64,000 nucleotides of DNA, taken from the NCBI GenBank assembly GCA_041649575.1, contig JBAZMW010000002.1:148487-212486 (forward strand), read 5' to 3'. The notes beneath the pieces were generated by a model. That model did not search any database, had not been told where the DNA came from, and was given only the letters and a program-made list of their open reading frames with translations. Made by a program: the position numbers and the translations under genes. Origin of the DNA: Patescibacteria group bacterium. GTDB taxonomy: Bacteria > Patescibacteriota > Patescibacteriia > 2-01-FULL-39-33. Positions 52,896-62,951 of this stretch are shown one piece after another (within the stretch, counting starts at the first letter, position 1; each line of letters starts with the position of its first letter).

Positions 52896-52964
52896 GCTTT
52901 TATCTTAGCAAAATTTCTATAATTTTAAAACCCCGCCACGGGGGCGGGGCTTAGGACTAACTTA

Positions 52965-54116
52965 TTAGTTTTGATAAGGCACGAATTGGCCGTTTTTGAT
53001 TTGTTGCATCATAGAAGTCATGTGGGAGTCGCCATTACTGTCGATAGTGATGGGTCCACTGACGCCATCATAATTTTTTACCCCATACAGGTAGTTTTTT
53101 ACGCCATCAGGATTATAGCCGCTACTCTTTATGGCGTTTAGTAACAGATTAGTGCCATCATAGGAATTGGCCACGGCGCTCATAATCGGCGGATCTTGAT
53201 TGTAGGCGGAGATGTATTTTGTTTTGAGGTCTTTGACTTTTTGATTTTGATCATCTAGGGCGGAGGTGATAAAAATTGCTCCTTCGGCGGCGCTGTCGCC
53301 GGCTGTCACCACTTCTTTGACACCAAAATTGTCAGAGCCAATAATTTGAGCATTAATTCCCAGCTCTCTGGCTTGTTTGGCGATCAATCCCCCTTCGCTG
53401 CCATAACTTATAATCACTAATGATGTCGGATTTTTTTCTTTTATTTTTGTCAGGGCGGTTCGGAAGTCAGTCGCTTCCGGCAAGTAGGTTTCGGCATCTA
53501 AAATTTTTCCGCCGCTAGCTTCATAGGTGCTTTTAAAATTATCGAAAAAACCGACGCCGTAGTCATTGCTGGCATAAATGACGGCCACCTCTGGAGTGTT
53601 TAACTGGTGGTAAAGAAAATCGGCCAGATTAGCGCCTTGCACCGCGTCAGAAATGCAAGTCCGAAAAATATAATTGCCAGCTTGGGAGATTTTGGCAGCT
53701 GAAGCCAGCGTGGTCAGTAGGATAACCTTACTTTGTTCAGCAATGGGAGCTGTGGCCAAGACCGACCCGGAACAGCCAACCATGGTGGCTTTGACTTTAT
53801 CAACACTGATTAATTTATTAAAAGCAGTGACGGCCTCGGTTTTGTCGCAAGTCTTATTATCCTCAAAAATCAATTGGATTTGTTGGCCATTTATTCCGCC
53901 GCGATCGTTCCATTCTTTGACGGCGATTTCTATACCACCCTTCATTGATCCACCCCAATTAACTAAGTCACCAGTCAGCGGCGCAATCACCCCGATTTTT
54001 ATAGGCTCGGTATCTTGCGAATTAGCTTTGTTGGTGAGTGCCAAGGCATAGCCAATGATGGCGATAATCACCACCAGAGCAATTATCAGCCAGATAATTT
54101 TTGTTTTCTTTGACAT
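52965..54116 (-). CDS. ABC substrate-binding protein (Leu/Ile/Val-binding, LivJ/K-like)
   Basis: Type I periplasmic binding fold. N-terminal TM/signal anchor. Confidence 0.75.
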   Translation of the reverse strand: MSKKTKIIWLIIALVVIIAIIGYALALTNKANSQDTEPIKIGVIAPLTGDLVNWGGSMKGGIEIAVKEWNDRGGINGQQIQLIFEDNKTCDKTEAVTAFNKLISVDKVKATMVGCSGSVLATAPIAEQSKVILLTTLASAAKISQAGNYIFRTCISDAVQGANLADFLYHQLNTPEVAVIYASNDYGVGFFDNFKSTYEASGGKILDAETYLPEATDFRTALTKIKEKNPTSLVIISYGSEGGLIAKQARELGINAQIIGSDNFGVKEVVTAGDSAAEGAIFITSALDDQNQKVKDLKTKYISAYNQDPPIMSAVANSYDGTNLLLNAIKSSGYNPDGVKNYLYGVKNYDGVSGPITIDSNGDSHMTSMMQQIKNGQFVPYQN

Positions 54117-54269
54117 GGTTCTTGGGATATTTTATTTGTCTTGAATTCAAGAATAATGAAATATGGGACTTATCGTCAATTTATATTACAGAAATTTAGT
54201 GATATTTTAGCTAATTTGACAAATATTTAGCTATATTATATAATATCTGTAAATATTTTTTACAACAAT

Positions 54270-55001
54270 ATGCTGGACAAAATTATTGATTATTTCAATT
54301 TAGAAGAAAAAGAAGCCAAAGTCTATCTGGCTGCTCTGGAATTGGGCAATTCTAAGGTCAGTGAAATAGCCAAAAAAGCCGGTTTAAATCGCATTACGGC
54401 TTATGAAATTTTGAAACGATTAAGACAAAAGGGGTTGGCCGTGAGCTTAACTAGAAATAACGTTTTGACTTTTCGGGTGATTGATCCTGAAAAAGTTATT
54501 AAGAAAATGGAAAGCAAGTTATCCTTGTCTCGGGAGCTTTTGCCGGCGCTGGTGCTACTAAAAAATAACAGCGGCAAAAAGCCGAAGATCGAGTACTTTG
54601 ACGGTCGTGAAGGATTAAGGGCTTTGTGCAACGATTCCTTAAACTGTCAAGAAAAAATAATTTATGATTTGGCGGAACCCACCAATCTGTTGAAAACTAT
54701 CGGCGAGGATTTTTTTAATTCTTTTGTCAGACAAAGAGTCAAAAAAGGAATAAAGGTCAAGTTGTTGCTGCCTAAAAACAAAGAGAACAAAAAATATCTC
54801 GGGGTAGTAAAAAGAGATTTAAGAGAATTAAGATTTATTGATGATGATTTGTATCCCAATGAGTTTTATATTTATGACAATAAAGTCGCCATACTCTCCT
54901 TCTCCGGCAAGATGGGAGTATTAATTGAAGACGAGGAAATCGCCAAATCAATGAAGTCCATCTGGAGATTCTTATGGAATCACTCTGACAAAAATTTTTA
55001 A
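54270..55001 (+). CDS. TrmB-family transcriptional regulator
   Basis: N-terminal HTH_TrmB (EEKEAKVYLAALELGNSKVSEIAKKAGLNRITAYEILKRL). Confidence 0.7.
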   Translation: MLDKIIDYFNLEEKEAKVYLAALELGNSKVSEIAKKAGLNRITAYEILKRLRQKGLAVSLTRNNVLTFRVIDPEKVIKKMESKLSLSRELLPALVLLKNNSGKKPKIEYFDGREGLRALCNDSLNCQEKIIYDLAEPTNLLKTIGEDFFNSFVRQRVKKGIKVKLLLPKNKENKKYLGVVKRDLRELRFIDDDLYPNEFYIYDNKVAILSFSGKMGVLIEDEEIAKSMKSIWRFLWNHSDKNF

Positions 55002-55052
55002 CTTAAAACACCCGCCAATGAGGCGGGTGTTTTAAGAATATGTGGTTTTTAA

Positions 55053-56102
55053 CTAATTTACCTTCTCCAGATACATCGGAATAACAATATCATTATTTGT
55101 AATATCTTTGGCTACTCCAGTCACGCCACTGACTTCTTTTTTGTTGGTCAGACAGCTTTCAATACTATCTTTGGGACAAGTGGCCAAAAGGTTGACAATA
55201 TCAAAACCAAAGGCGGCCACGAAGTTGGGTTCTTTGCCATATTTGGCTTTGTATCTGGTTTTGAACTGCTCGCTATTACCGGGAATAGAAAAAGCAAATT
55301 GATTGGTGTAGAAAGTCATTTTGGGAGCTTTGGCTTGCGTTTCCGGATCGGATTGGACATTAGAGACTTCAACTATCGGGATATTAAACTTTAATTCTTC
55401 TATTTTTTTCAAAATGCCCAGTGATTCGCTTGGTGGTGTTGGGACGAATAACAGAGCTTCCGGTCCAGCGTCTTTGGCCTTACTAACGATGGTGGAAAAG
55501 TCAGTCGTGTTGGGAACATATGATTCCATGAAGACTATCTTTTTGCCGGATTCATCACAGAGTTGTTTGATTTTGTCAGCCACCGATTGGGCATACTCGT
55601 CTTTTCTGTAGATGACTGCTATTTTCTTGACGTTTTTGAGCGGTGAAATGTCTGATTCAAATGATGGCGTGGCAAAATGACTGGCGTCGGTATAATATCT
55701 GAAAGCATAATCATTAGTAATATTGTTAGCCGCGCTTTGAGTGATAACCATGGGAATTTTGTCCTCTTTGGCGAGTGAGGCCAGCGGCACGCTGACAATA
55801 CTAAGAGCTGTCACAAAAACATCCGGCTTTTGGAGTTTTAGTTTTTGATAGGCGGTCAAACCATCGGCGGCAGCGCCTTTGCTATCCTCATAGGTGACGG
55901 CAAGATTGGGGTGGTCTTCCAGCGCTAGATCCATGCCGTTCTTGACACTTTCGCCCCAGATGGCCGATGGGCCGCTTAGAGCCAAAATGGCTCCGATTTG
56001 GGTTTTATCATCACTGGTAGCAGCTTTATTGCCCAAGCCACAGCCGGCTAACACTACGCTTGCCATTAAGGCAACGACAATAATCAAAAATTTTGTTTTC
56101 AT
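55053..56102 (-). CDS. ABC substrate-binding lipoprotein (LivJ-like)
   Basis: Lipobox LAGCG. Periplasmic binding protein fold. Confidence 0.7.
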   Translation of the reverse strand: MKTKFLIIVVALMASVVLAGCGLGNKAATSDDKTQIGAILALSGPSAIWGESVKNGMDLALEDHPNLAVTYEDSKGAAADGLTAYQKLKLQKPDVFVTALSIVSVPLASLAKEDKIPMVITQSAANNITNDYAFRYYTDASHFATPSFESDISPLKNVKKIAVIYRKDEYAQSVADKIKQLCDESGKKIVFMESYVPNTTDFSTIVSKAKDAGPEALLFVPTPPSESLGILKKIEELKFNIPIVEVSNVQSDPETQAKAPKMTFYTNQFAFSIPGNSEQFKTRYKAKYGKEPNFVAAFGFDIVNLLATCPKDSIESCLTNKKEVSGVTGVAKDITNNDIVIPMYLEKVN

Positions 56103-56126
56103 ACGACGTTTTATTATTGTTTAGTT

Positions 56127-57254
56127 TTAATAAGGTATTATTTCACTATTTTTAATCTGATAAAGAATAAAATGTGCATTTTTTCTGTCATTGTTCTTAT
56201 CGAAGCTAATTTCGCCGCCAGCTCCAGAGTAATTAATATTTTTTAGAGACTCTACTGCCTGACTCATGTCCATATTATTTTTTCCAGCTGCTTCGGCCAA
56301 GATATAGATGTCATCGTACATGCCGATACAGGCGTTTTGCTGGGGACAATCGGCGCCGTATTTTTCTTTGTAAGTGTCTAATAAATTTTTTACTGAAACG
56401 ATATTTTCTATGGCAAAATCAGTACTAATAGCCCCATCTAAATAATTTTTATATTTTGAATTTAAATCGGCCGAATGCATAATTGCCTCATTTACTAACA
56501 AAGTTTTAGGTCGAAAATTAATTTCTTTTGCCTCCTTCAAAACTTTATCACCAGAAGTTGGGCTTTGAACGCTCATTAATAAAACATCGGGGTTAGCGTT
56601 TTTGAGTTTTAAAAGTGGGGTGCGGACATCGGTGGCATCCGTTGTAAAGCCCTCGCTTACAATTTTTACTTCCTTATTTTCAAGATTTTTTTCCAGCATC
56701 AATTTCATGCCTTTAGCGTAATCCGTTTCTTCATAGATAATCGCAATTTTTCTTAAATTATTATTAACAATATATTCTCCAAATAAGCGAGCCCCGTCAG
56801 CATCAGAAGCATAATTTCTAAAAACCGAGGGAGAAACCCCGGTCACCTTAACCGAGCTCACAACTGTGGCAATTAAGATCTGATCTGACTTTAATAAAGG
56901 CGCGATTCCTAATACTGTTCCACTACAGGCCACGGAAGAAAAAAGCTTTAGGCCGTTTACATTTGAAAGTTGTTGAAAGGCTGAAATGGCCGCTTGAGGG
57001 GCGCATTGATGGTCTTGATAATTAATTTCTATTTTGTGTCCATTTATTCCGCCTTTGGCATTTATTTCCTCTACAGCGATTTCAGCCGCTTTTTGCGCTG
57101 AGTCGCCATAAATAGCTGCTCCTCCGGTCAAAGGTAATAAAGCCCCGATTTTGATAGTTTCTTTATTGTTTTTGCTAATATTGCTCAGGCTGCAACCGGC
57201 CGTGGCCACGACAATTAACGCCAAAATGATGATGAATAGGGATTTTCTTTTCAT
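56127..57254 (-). CDS. ABC substrate-binding lipoprotein (LivJ-like)
   Basis: Lipobox TAGCS. Periplasmic binding protein fold. Confidence 0.7.
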   Translation of the reverse strand: MKRKSLFIIILALIVVATAGCSLSNISKNNKETIKIGALLPLTGGAAIYGDSAQKAAEIAVEEINAKGGINGHKIEINYQDHQCAPQAAISAFQQLSNVNGLKLFSSVACSGTVLGIAPLLKSDQILIATVVSSVKVTGVSPSVFRNYASDADGARLFGEYIVNNNLRKIAIIYEETDYAKGMKLMLEKNLENKEVKIVSEGFTTDATDVRTPLLKLKNANPDVLLMSVQSPTSGDKVLKEAKEINFRPKTLLVNEAIMHSADLNSKYKNYLDGAISTDFAIENIVSVKNLLDTYKEKYGADCPQQNACIGMYDDIYILAEAAGKNNMDMSQAVESLKNINYSGAGGEISFDKNNDRKNAHFILYQIKNSEIIPY

Positions 57255-57277
57255 GATTTTACTATATTATTATTATA

Positions 57278-58015
57278 TTAACTCCCCAGATACGCCTCTA
57301 ATACCAGCTTATTCTCCCTTATATCTTTGGGCTTGCCTTCGGCAATAACTTTTCCTGCGTCCATAACAATTATATAATCTGCCACCGTAAAAGTAAAATT
57401 CATATCATGTTCAATCAGTAGGACAGTCTCGCCCTGTTTTTTTAAGTCCTTTAGGATGCTTTTAATACGGTCGCGCAACACCGGATTTACTCCGGCTACC
57501 GGTTCGTCCAGGATGAGCAGCTGATGCGGATTGAGGATCGCTCGCGCTAGCTCCACCAGCCGTTTCTGTCCGTAGCTTAATTCTCCGCAAAGATGCTTGG
57601 GCGATTTATCCAAGCCAATCAGATCCAGGACATCTTGGATTTTTTTCTTTTTTTTCGAGCCGTAATAATTCAGGCCCAAAAGATTTTTGGCAAACTTCAT
57701 GTCTTCATTGTCAAGAGCAATGGATAAGTTTTCTTCTATGCTTAAGTTATTAAATAAATGCGCTTGCTGGAAAACACGGGATAGGCCCAGATTGGAAATT
57801 TTGTCAGGTGATAGGTTGGTGATATTTTTTCCAGCTAAAACTATCTCGCCGCTTTCGGCTTTTAAAATGCCGGAAATTAAGTTAAAGATGGTGGTTTTAC
57901 CGCTACCGTTGGGACCAATGAGCGCCGTGATTTGATTTTGGCCAATCTCAAAACTGCAGTCGTCGACCGCATGCACCCCGCCAAAATATTTTTTTAAGTG
58001 TTGAATTTTGAGCAT
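57278..58015 (-). CDS. livG: ABC transporter ATP-binding protein, LivG-like
   Basis: GPNGSGKTT, LSYGQKR, ILDEP. Confidence 0.85.
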   Translation of the reverse strand: MLKIQHLKKYFGGVHAVDDCSFEIGQNQITALIGPNGSGKTTIFNLISGILKAESGEIVLAGKNITNLSPDKISNLGLSRVFQQAHLFNNLSIEENLSIALDNEDMKFAKNLLGLNYYGSKKKKKIQDVLDLIGLDKSPKHLCGELSYGQKRLVELARAILNPHQLLILDEPVAGVNPVLRDRIKSILKDLKKQGETVLLIEHDMNFTFTVADYIIVMDAGKVIAEGKPKDIRENKLVLEAYLGS

Positions 58016-58020
58016 TATTA

Positions 58021-59127
58021 TTAATACAGCACGAATTGGCCGTCTTTTATTATTTTAATGACTATCGGCTTGATGGCATCGCCATTGCTGTCGAAAGTGG
58101 TGGAACCGGACACGCCAGAATAATCTTTTATTTTATACAAGCCGTCTTTAATGCAGGTTGAGTCCACTGTTGGGCAGCTTTCTTTAATAATTTTGGCCAA
58201 AATTATTAAAGAATCGTAGCCCTGCGCGGCAAAAATATTGGGGTCTTTACCGAATCTATTCTTATACAGATCCCAAAATTCTTGATTTGTTTCTCGTTTA
58301 AAATCAGAAGCAGCGAAGATGATGCCTTCGGCCAAGGGCCCGACCGCAGAAAGAAATTTGCTATCGGTCACTGTATTGTCAGAAATTATCTGGGCATTAA
58401 TTCCCATTTCTTTTATTTGCTTAATAATAAGAGCGACCTCCGGCATTAGGGCCCCGACATAAACTACTTGAGGATTTTTTTCTTTGATTTTTATGAGCTG
58501 GGATCGAAAATCGGTGGAGTTTTTTTGATATGATTGGCGTTCGACAATGACGCCCCCGTCTTTTTGAAAGGAATCAGTGAAGGTCTTCTCACCGATTACA
58601 TAAGCATCGCTTGACTGGTCGAAGATGGTAGCCGCTGTTTTATATTTTTGGGCCACAAATTCAGCCATTTTCTTTTGTTCGGTGCTTTCTAGGATGTGAT
58701 TTCTAAAAATATAATCCCCTGCTTGGCTAATTGAATCGGCCGCTGAAGCCGGGGTCAAGATAATCATCTTGGCTTTTTCGGCCAGTGGGGCGATAGCCAA
58801 AGTGCTTTGAGAGCAGACCGGACCAATGATTATTTTGGCGCCCTTAATGGCGGTAGAGTTATAAGCGTTTATAGCTTCCTTGGGGTCGCATTTTTCGTCT
58901 TCAAGCAATAAGTCTATTTTAAGACCAGAGAGAGCTGTTTTTTCGTTAGCTAATACAATGCCATCTTTTATGTCATCACCCAGGGAAGCCATGTTTCCGC
59001 TAAGCGGCAGAATTACGCCGATTTTTATTGTTTGATTTTGGTGAAGTTTTTTGCTGGAGACAAAAATTGCAACTGCAATAATCGCCAGCACAATGATAAT
59101 TACTATGAGCCAAAATTTTGTCTTCAT
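58021..59127 (-). CDS. ABC substrate-binding protein (LivJ-like), membrane-anchored
   Basis: N-terminal TM. Periplasmic binding protein fold. Confidence 0.7.
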   Translation of the reverse strand: MKTKFWLIVIIIVLAIIAVAIFVSSKKLHQNQTIKIGVILPLSGNMASLGDDIKDGIVLANEKTALSGLKIDLLLEDEKCDPKEAINAYNSTAIKGAKIIIGPVCSQSTLAIAPLAEKAKMIILTPASAADSISQAGDYIFRNHILESTEQKKMAEFVAQKYKTAATIFDQSSDAYVIGEKTFTDSFQKDGGVIVERQSYQKNSTDFRSQLIKIKEKNPQVVYVGALMPEVALIIKQIKEMGINAQIISDNTVTDSKFLSAVGPLAEGIIFAASDFKRETNQEFWDLYKNRFGKDPNIFAAQGYDSLIILAKIIKESCPTVDSTCIKDGLYKIKDYSGVSGSTTFDSNGDAIKPIVIKIIKDGQFVLY

Positions 59128-59144
59128 AAAATTTTGTATTTTAG

Positions 59145-60017
59145 TTATTCCAATTTAACTTTGCCAAAAAAACCCGTTGGTTTGAAGATCAAGATTAGTA
59201 TAAGGATTAGGGCATAAATTATCTGTCGGGCCGGGCCGACAATCGACGAAGGAAAACCGATGAACCTCAGTGGTTCCGGCAATAAGATCAAAATAATCGC
59301 GGCAATAATTGTGCCCCTCAGCGAAGCCAGGCCGGCAATAATTACAATAGCCAAAACAGGAATCAACTGCATGATAGTAAATGAGGAGGGATCGATAAAA
59401 GTAACATAATGCGCGTACAAACTACCGGCAATACCGGCAAAAAAAGCCGAGGTCGCCAAAGAATAACTTTTTAGCTTGAAAGTATTTTTGCCCAGCACTT
59501 GCGCGGCCAACTCATCATCTCGGACAGCTTGAAGCGCTTTGCCAAATGGCGATCGGGTAATTTGTTTGATTATTAGGTAAGTAATGAGCGCAATAGCTAT
59601 GGTCAAAAATAAAAAATTAAAATTACTACTGAAGTCCAGGCCGAATAAATTCGGTTTGGGTATGCCGGGTAGTCCCAGCGGTCCGCGAGTCAAATCAGTC
59701 CAATTGAGAGCCACGGCATAAACTACAAAAGTAAAGCCCATGGTAGCCAGAGCCAGATAGTCCCCTTTCAGCTTGTGGGTGGGTATGGCCAGTAGATGGC
59801 CGAAAGCCATAGCCAACAAGCAGGCGCATAAAATACAAAGCCAAAAGGGGCAGCCAGCTAGAGCCAGCAAGGCCGAAGTATAAGCGCCGATGGCATAGAA
59901 AGCGATATGGCCGAGATTAAGCAAACCGGAAAAACCCATGGCCAATTGCAAAGACATGGCCAGAATGAGATAGATGCCGATTAAAATTAGGAGATGAATA
60001 ATATAAGCAGAAAGCAT
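59145..60017 (-). CDS. livM: Branched-chain amino acid ABC permease LivM-like
   Basis: Polytopic membrane protein with the LivM-type conserved loop (ALQAVRDDELAA). Confidence 0.8.
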   Translation of the reverse strand: MLSAYIIHLLILIGIYLILAMSLQLAMGFSGLLNLGHIAFYAIGAYTSALLALAGCPFWLCILCACLLAMAFGHLLAIPTHKLKGDYLALATMGFTFVVYAVALNWTDLTRGPLGLPGIPKPNLFGLDFSSNFNFLFLTIAIALITYLIIKQITRSPFGKALQAVRDDELAAQVLGKNTFKLKSYSLATSAFFAGIAGSLYAHYVTFIDPSSFTIMQLIPVLAIVIIAGLASLRGTIIAAIILILLPEPLRFIGFPSSIVGPARQIIYALILILILIFKPTGFFGKVKLE

Positions 60018-60020
60018 AGA

Positions 60021-60887
60021 TTATTTTCTTTTAAGACCTAGGATGCCATGAGGCATGAAAAGCAAAAAAATAAATAAGATTACAAAAGCGATGGCGTCCT
60101 TGTAGCCCGAAGGTAAATACCAGATGCCAAAATTTTCAGCCAAGCCCAACAAAAAAGAGCCCAAAACGGCTCCAGGTACGCTGCCGATACCGCCGATAAT
60201 GGCGGCGGTAAAACCCTTGATCACCAGATTGGTACCCATGGTCGGCTCCAGATTTTGCTCCAGCCCGATCAGTATGCCGCCAATGCCGGCAATGGCCGAG
60301 CCGATAATAAAACTCCAAGAATAAATTTTTTCAGCCGGTATGCCCACCACTTCGGCTACTTCTTTGTTGTCTGAGACGGCTCTCATAGCCTTGCCTAGGC
60401 GGGTGGTTTTCATCAGTAGGAATAATAGGACAAATAAGACCAGGGCGACGGCGATAATAACTATTTGCAAGGGAGTGATGACGGCGCCAAAAAATTGCCA
60501 GCCTTCGGCTATCTCAATGAAGTCAATGGTTTTGACGTCAGCGCCGAAGAACATCAAGATCAGCGATTCCAATAGAATCAAAACAGCAAAGCCGGTGACC
60601 AGCAGGATCACCGGACTGGTTTTTCTATTTCTAAGCGGCTTATAGACTATTAGATTAATCAACCAGCCCAAAAAGGCGGCGAAGGCCACGGCCAAAATAA
60701 TCGCCAGCCAGAAATTAACGCCAAGATTAGAAAATAGCAGATAGGCAATATAGACAGAAAAAGTGACAACAGCGCCGTGGGCAAAATGAATGAATTTGCA
60801 GGTGGAATAAATCAGTGAAAAGCCGGAAGCGACCAGCGCGTAGATGGCGCCGGCAATTAAGCCGTTAATTAACAATTGTAAAAACAT
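60021..60887 (-). CDS. livH: Branched-chain amino acid ABC permease LivH-like
   Basis: LivH-type membrane protein (AMRAVSDNKEVAEVVGI). Confidence 0.8.
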   Translation of the reverse strand: MFLQLLINGLIAGAIYALVASGFSLIYSTCKFIHFAHGAVVTFSVYIAYLLFSNLGVNFWLAIILAVAFAAFLGWLINLIVYKPLRNRKTSPVILLVTGFAVLILLESLILMFFGADVKTIDFIEIAEGWQFFGAVITPLQIVIIAVALVLFVLLFLLMKTTRLGKAMRAVSDNKEVAEVVGIPAEKIYSWSFIIGSAIAGIGGILIGLEQNLEPTMGTNLVIKGFTAAIIGGIGSVPGAVLGSFLLGLAENFGIWYLPSGYKDAIAFVILFIFLLFMPHGILGLKRK

Positions 60888-61001
60888 TTACGACTAGTTG
60901 TTTATTAATTCAATCTTCTTATTTATACCATAATTTGGCTTTTAAAACAACAAAATCGGCGCATTTAAGCCGATTTTGATAATTACGCTTGATGATTTTA
61001 A

Positions 61002-62417
61002 CTAATCTTTTTTGGCCAGAACCTCTTCCCAATAGGGATCGGTGATTGATTTTAATTCCGCGTCAAATTCATAGATTTCTTCATGATATTTTTCGTCGTT
61101 AAGAGCGGCGGCCGCAGCCTCGTCTTCGGGCAAAACATGGCAGGCTCGGGCAATATCCATAAACTCCCGATGATGGTCTCTGATCAGGCAGGGCCGCAAT
61201 AAATTTGCGCCCGGCTTGTCTTTTTTAAGATATTTTTCTTGCCAGTCGCGTCCTTTGACGAAGAAGTCAGAAAACAGCGCATCAGCGATCTTTTTGCCCT
61301 CGCCATAAACCTTTCTGACATTGTCTTTGTAGTAGGGAATGAAAACGCAAGGCATGATATTAGCATTCCAGTCGATATAAAAATAACTTTTACCGCAAGA
61401 AATACAACCCTCGCTCATCTCCGCGCTATTCCAGAAATCGGCCACAAACCAATTTTTTTCTCTGATGAGCTGGCGCCATTTTTTATACAATTCAAATCGG
61501 GCACCAGGACTAAGCATTAACTTGGTGTTAAATTCACGACCAATGGGCATATATTGGAACATCCACATGTAACTGGCTCCCTGCTGGTCAAAATAATAGG
61601 TATAAAAATCGTCATTTAAAAGCAATTTGGCGTTTTTGCTGGTAGCCGTAACCGAAACCCCAAAAGGCGCCTGGGCCTGACGTAAATTTGCCAAAGACTT
61701 AAGAACGACCTGGTGAATTCCCGCTCCCCGGCGTTCGTCTGTTTCCTTTTCTAGCCCCTCAACGGAAACCGCTGGCGTAATATTGCCTAATTCTGCCATC
61801 TGTTTGGCAACGTCTTCGGTAATCAGCGTGCCATTAGTGTACATCAAGAAAAAGCTGTCCGGCCAAGCTTTAGGCAAATCCAAAATATTTTTACCCTCGC
61901 TCTGATACATCAGCGGCTCGCCGCCGGAAATGACAAAAAATCTCATGCCCATCTCGTCATGGAACTCATGCATCATTTTGTCAATCAGGCTCCATTCCAA
62001 GGTTTCGCTGTTGTCGGCGCCGGAAGAGGCATAACAGCCAATGCATTTCAAATTGCATTTCTTGGTCGGACTGATTACCACCAACGGCGGTGGCGTGGTG
62101 CCGTATTTTTCTTTGTAAACTTTAACGATTTTTAATCTTTCATCGTTATCGATCATTGCTCCTTTGACCAGGGTTTCGACGGCGCGAGTGGCAAATCGTT
62201 TGGAAATAACTCCGCGATTAATGTTTTTCACGGCAGTCACCAGTAATGATTTAACGCCGTAATAACGATCCAACCGCACTTCCCTAGAAAATTTCTTCTC
62301 ATCGGTGACCATGGCTTTGTAAAGCTGCTTGTCGATTTGTTTGGTGACAAGATACCGGGTTAACCGGTTGCTCATCGCCAATTGGCCCAGCTTGATGATC
62401 AGATCCTCTTTTTTCAT
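61002..62417 (-). CDS. Radical SAM protein with C-terminal Cys-rich (SPASM-like) region
   Basis: CNLKCIGC (Cx3Cx2C), GGEPLM, and C-terminal CISCG...C. Confidence 0.7.
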   Translation of the reverse strand: MKKEDLIIKLGQLAMSNRLTRYLVTKQIDKQLYKAMVTDEKKFSREVRLDRYYGVKSLLVTAVKNINRGVISKRFATRAVETLVKGAMIDNDERLKIVKVYKEKYGTTPPPLVVISPTKKCNLKCIGCYASSGADNSETLEWSLIDKMMHEFHDEMGMRFFVISGGEPLMYQSEGKNILDLPKAWPDSFFLMYTNGTLITEDVAKQMAELGNITPAVSVEGLEKETDERRGAGIHQVVLKSLANLRQAQAPFGVSVTATSKNAKLLLNDDFYTYYFDQQGASYMWMFQYMPIGREFNTKLMLSPGARFELYKKWRQLIREKNWFVADFWNSAEMSEGCISCGKSYFYIDWNANIMPCVFIPYYKDNVRKVYGEGKKIADALFSDFFVKGRDWQEKYLKKDKPGANLLRPCLIRDHHREFMDIARACHVLPEDEAAAAALNDEKYHEEIYEFDAELKSITDPYWEEVLAKKD

Positions 62418-62619
62418 AGGTTTTACTCTTTTATAATGGCGGCGGCCAAGCTGATATTACTCGACTTAAGCTGCCGTTTTTATTTATTAGGTTATCTCTT
62501 ATTATATTACAAATTATTTTATAAATAAACAGCCTGAAAGTCAAATTAAAAAACAAAAGAATAGCTGGTAAACTGCCATTCTTTTGTTTCTGATTAAATT
62601 ATGGCTTTTCCGCCCAAAA

Positions 62620-62690
62620 CTGGGAGACTAGGAATCGAACCTAGATTAAAGGCTTCAAAGGCCTCTGTCCTACCATTAGACGATCTCCCA
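62620..62690 (-). tRNA. tRNA-Gln (anticodon UUG)
   Basis: Reverse complement folds as a cloverleaf: 7-bp acceptor TGGGAGA/TCTCCCA, D-arm GTCT-AATGGTA-GGAC, anticodon stem GAGGC/GCCTT with loop CTTTGAA, T-arm CTAGG-TTCGATT-CCTAG. No encoded CCA. Confidence 0.8.
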
Positions 62691-62755
62691 ATTCTGGGCG
62701 GAATTAGCGACGGCCACCGCCTTTGATTTATAAACCAACCCGAAGGCTTTGGTAA

Positions 62756-62875
62756 TTAATGGCCGTGCTTATACTTCCCTACTCTTTCGTTTTTCACCAC
62801 CCGCTTCATCTTTTTGGTTTTCCACTTCAATTTGGGAACCTTGACTCTCGGGTCGCGTTTTTTCTTTTTTGGCAT
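62756..62875 (-). CDS. Small very basic protein (39 aa, MPKKKKRDPRVKVPKLKWKTKKMKRVVKNERVGKYKHGH), possibly ribosomal or nucleic-acid-binding
   Basis: Complete ATG...TAA frame between the tRNA and ftsX. Unassigned. Confidence 0.3.
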   Translation of the reverse strand: MPKKKKRDPRVKVPKLKWKTKKMKRVVKNERVGKYKHGH

Positions 62876-62951
62876 AAAATTTAAATTTAAAAATCCTCTC
62901 TTTTTGAGACGAAAATATATTATAACAAATATTTTTTATTTAAGCAAATCC

